From positions 74,774,001 to 74,838,000 of the forward strand of contig CM052816.1 in NCBI GenBank assembly GCA_028534125.1: a DNA stretch of 64,000 bases. Direction: 5' to 3'. Source of the stretch: Lama glama (lineage: Eukaryota). Under the pieces are notes generated by a model, which did not search any database, was not told the origin of the DNA, and saw only the letters and a program-made list of their open reading frames with translations. Of this stretch, positions 63,661 to 64,000 are shown piece after piece. The stretch's first letter is position 1. Each line of letters starts with the position of its first letter. A program made the position numbers and the translations under genes.

Positions 63661-64000
63661 ACAACAATAATAGATGTTATTTTTATTACTATTAATATAA
63701 TCACTGCTTGAGTCAATGTCAAACAAATGTGAGAATAACAGGGGTATCCAAAAGCTAGATATGGGCAAGAGGATGGTTGGAGCTGAATAAGTTCTTCTTA
63801 AATTGAGTAGTTGCTGTTGATAATGGTTTCTGTGAAATGAGTGACATTTTGTGGGTGATAAATTTGGATTTAGATAGGTGATTATAGGCACAGGACAATC
63901 CAAAGCTCAAGGGCTGTATTGGGCAACACATCCCCTGAGATCAATGTCTCTCTAATCCCTTTTGTACATTCAAAATTTTGAACCACCCACCTTTTGACAT

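Overview
AT-rich, repeat-dense mammalian DNA, most likely camelid: it carries a Vic-1-like tRNA-derived SINE and one young L1 3'-end family, and I saw no Bov-A/PRE-1/CAN-type SINEs. No intact protein-coding gene is recognisable. The window is mainly a record of retrotransposition: a U6 snRNA-L1 chimera cut by the left edge, a 4.7 kb decayed L1 (ORF1 tail plus ORF2), several 5'-truncated L1s with target-site duplications, two 5'-inverted (twin-primed) L1s, two apparent L1 3' transductions, a 60 bp internally deleted SINE, and three mosaic solo LTRs of one family. Older L1M, L2, MIR, MLT, LTR16, Charlie and MER remnants fill much of the rest. Non-repeat signals worth follow-up are a strong CTCF motif (21061), two unidentified clusters of phase-compatible candidate exons (+ strand 23-26 kb; - strand 48.7-49.6 kb), and a ~2 kb decayed coding-like block (51.7-53.6 kb) that may be of viral/ERV origin. 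The 500-N gap looks artefactual. Repeat family names come from recalled consensus motifs, not from a database search, and boundaries of old elements are approximate.
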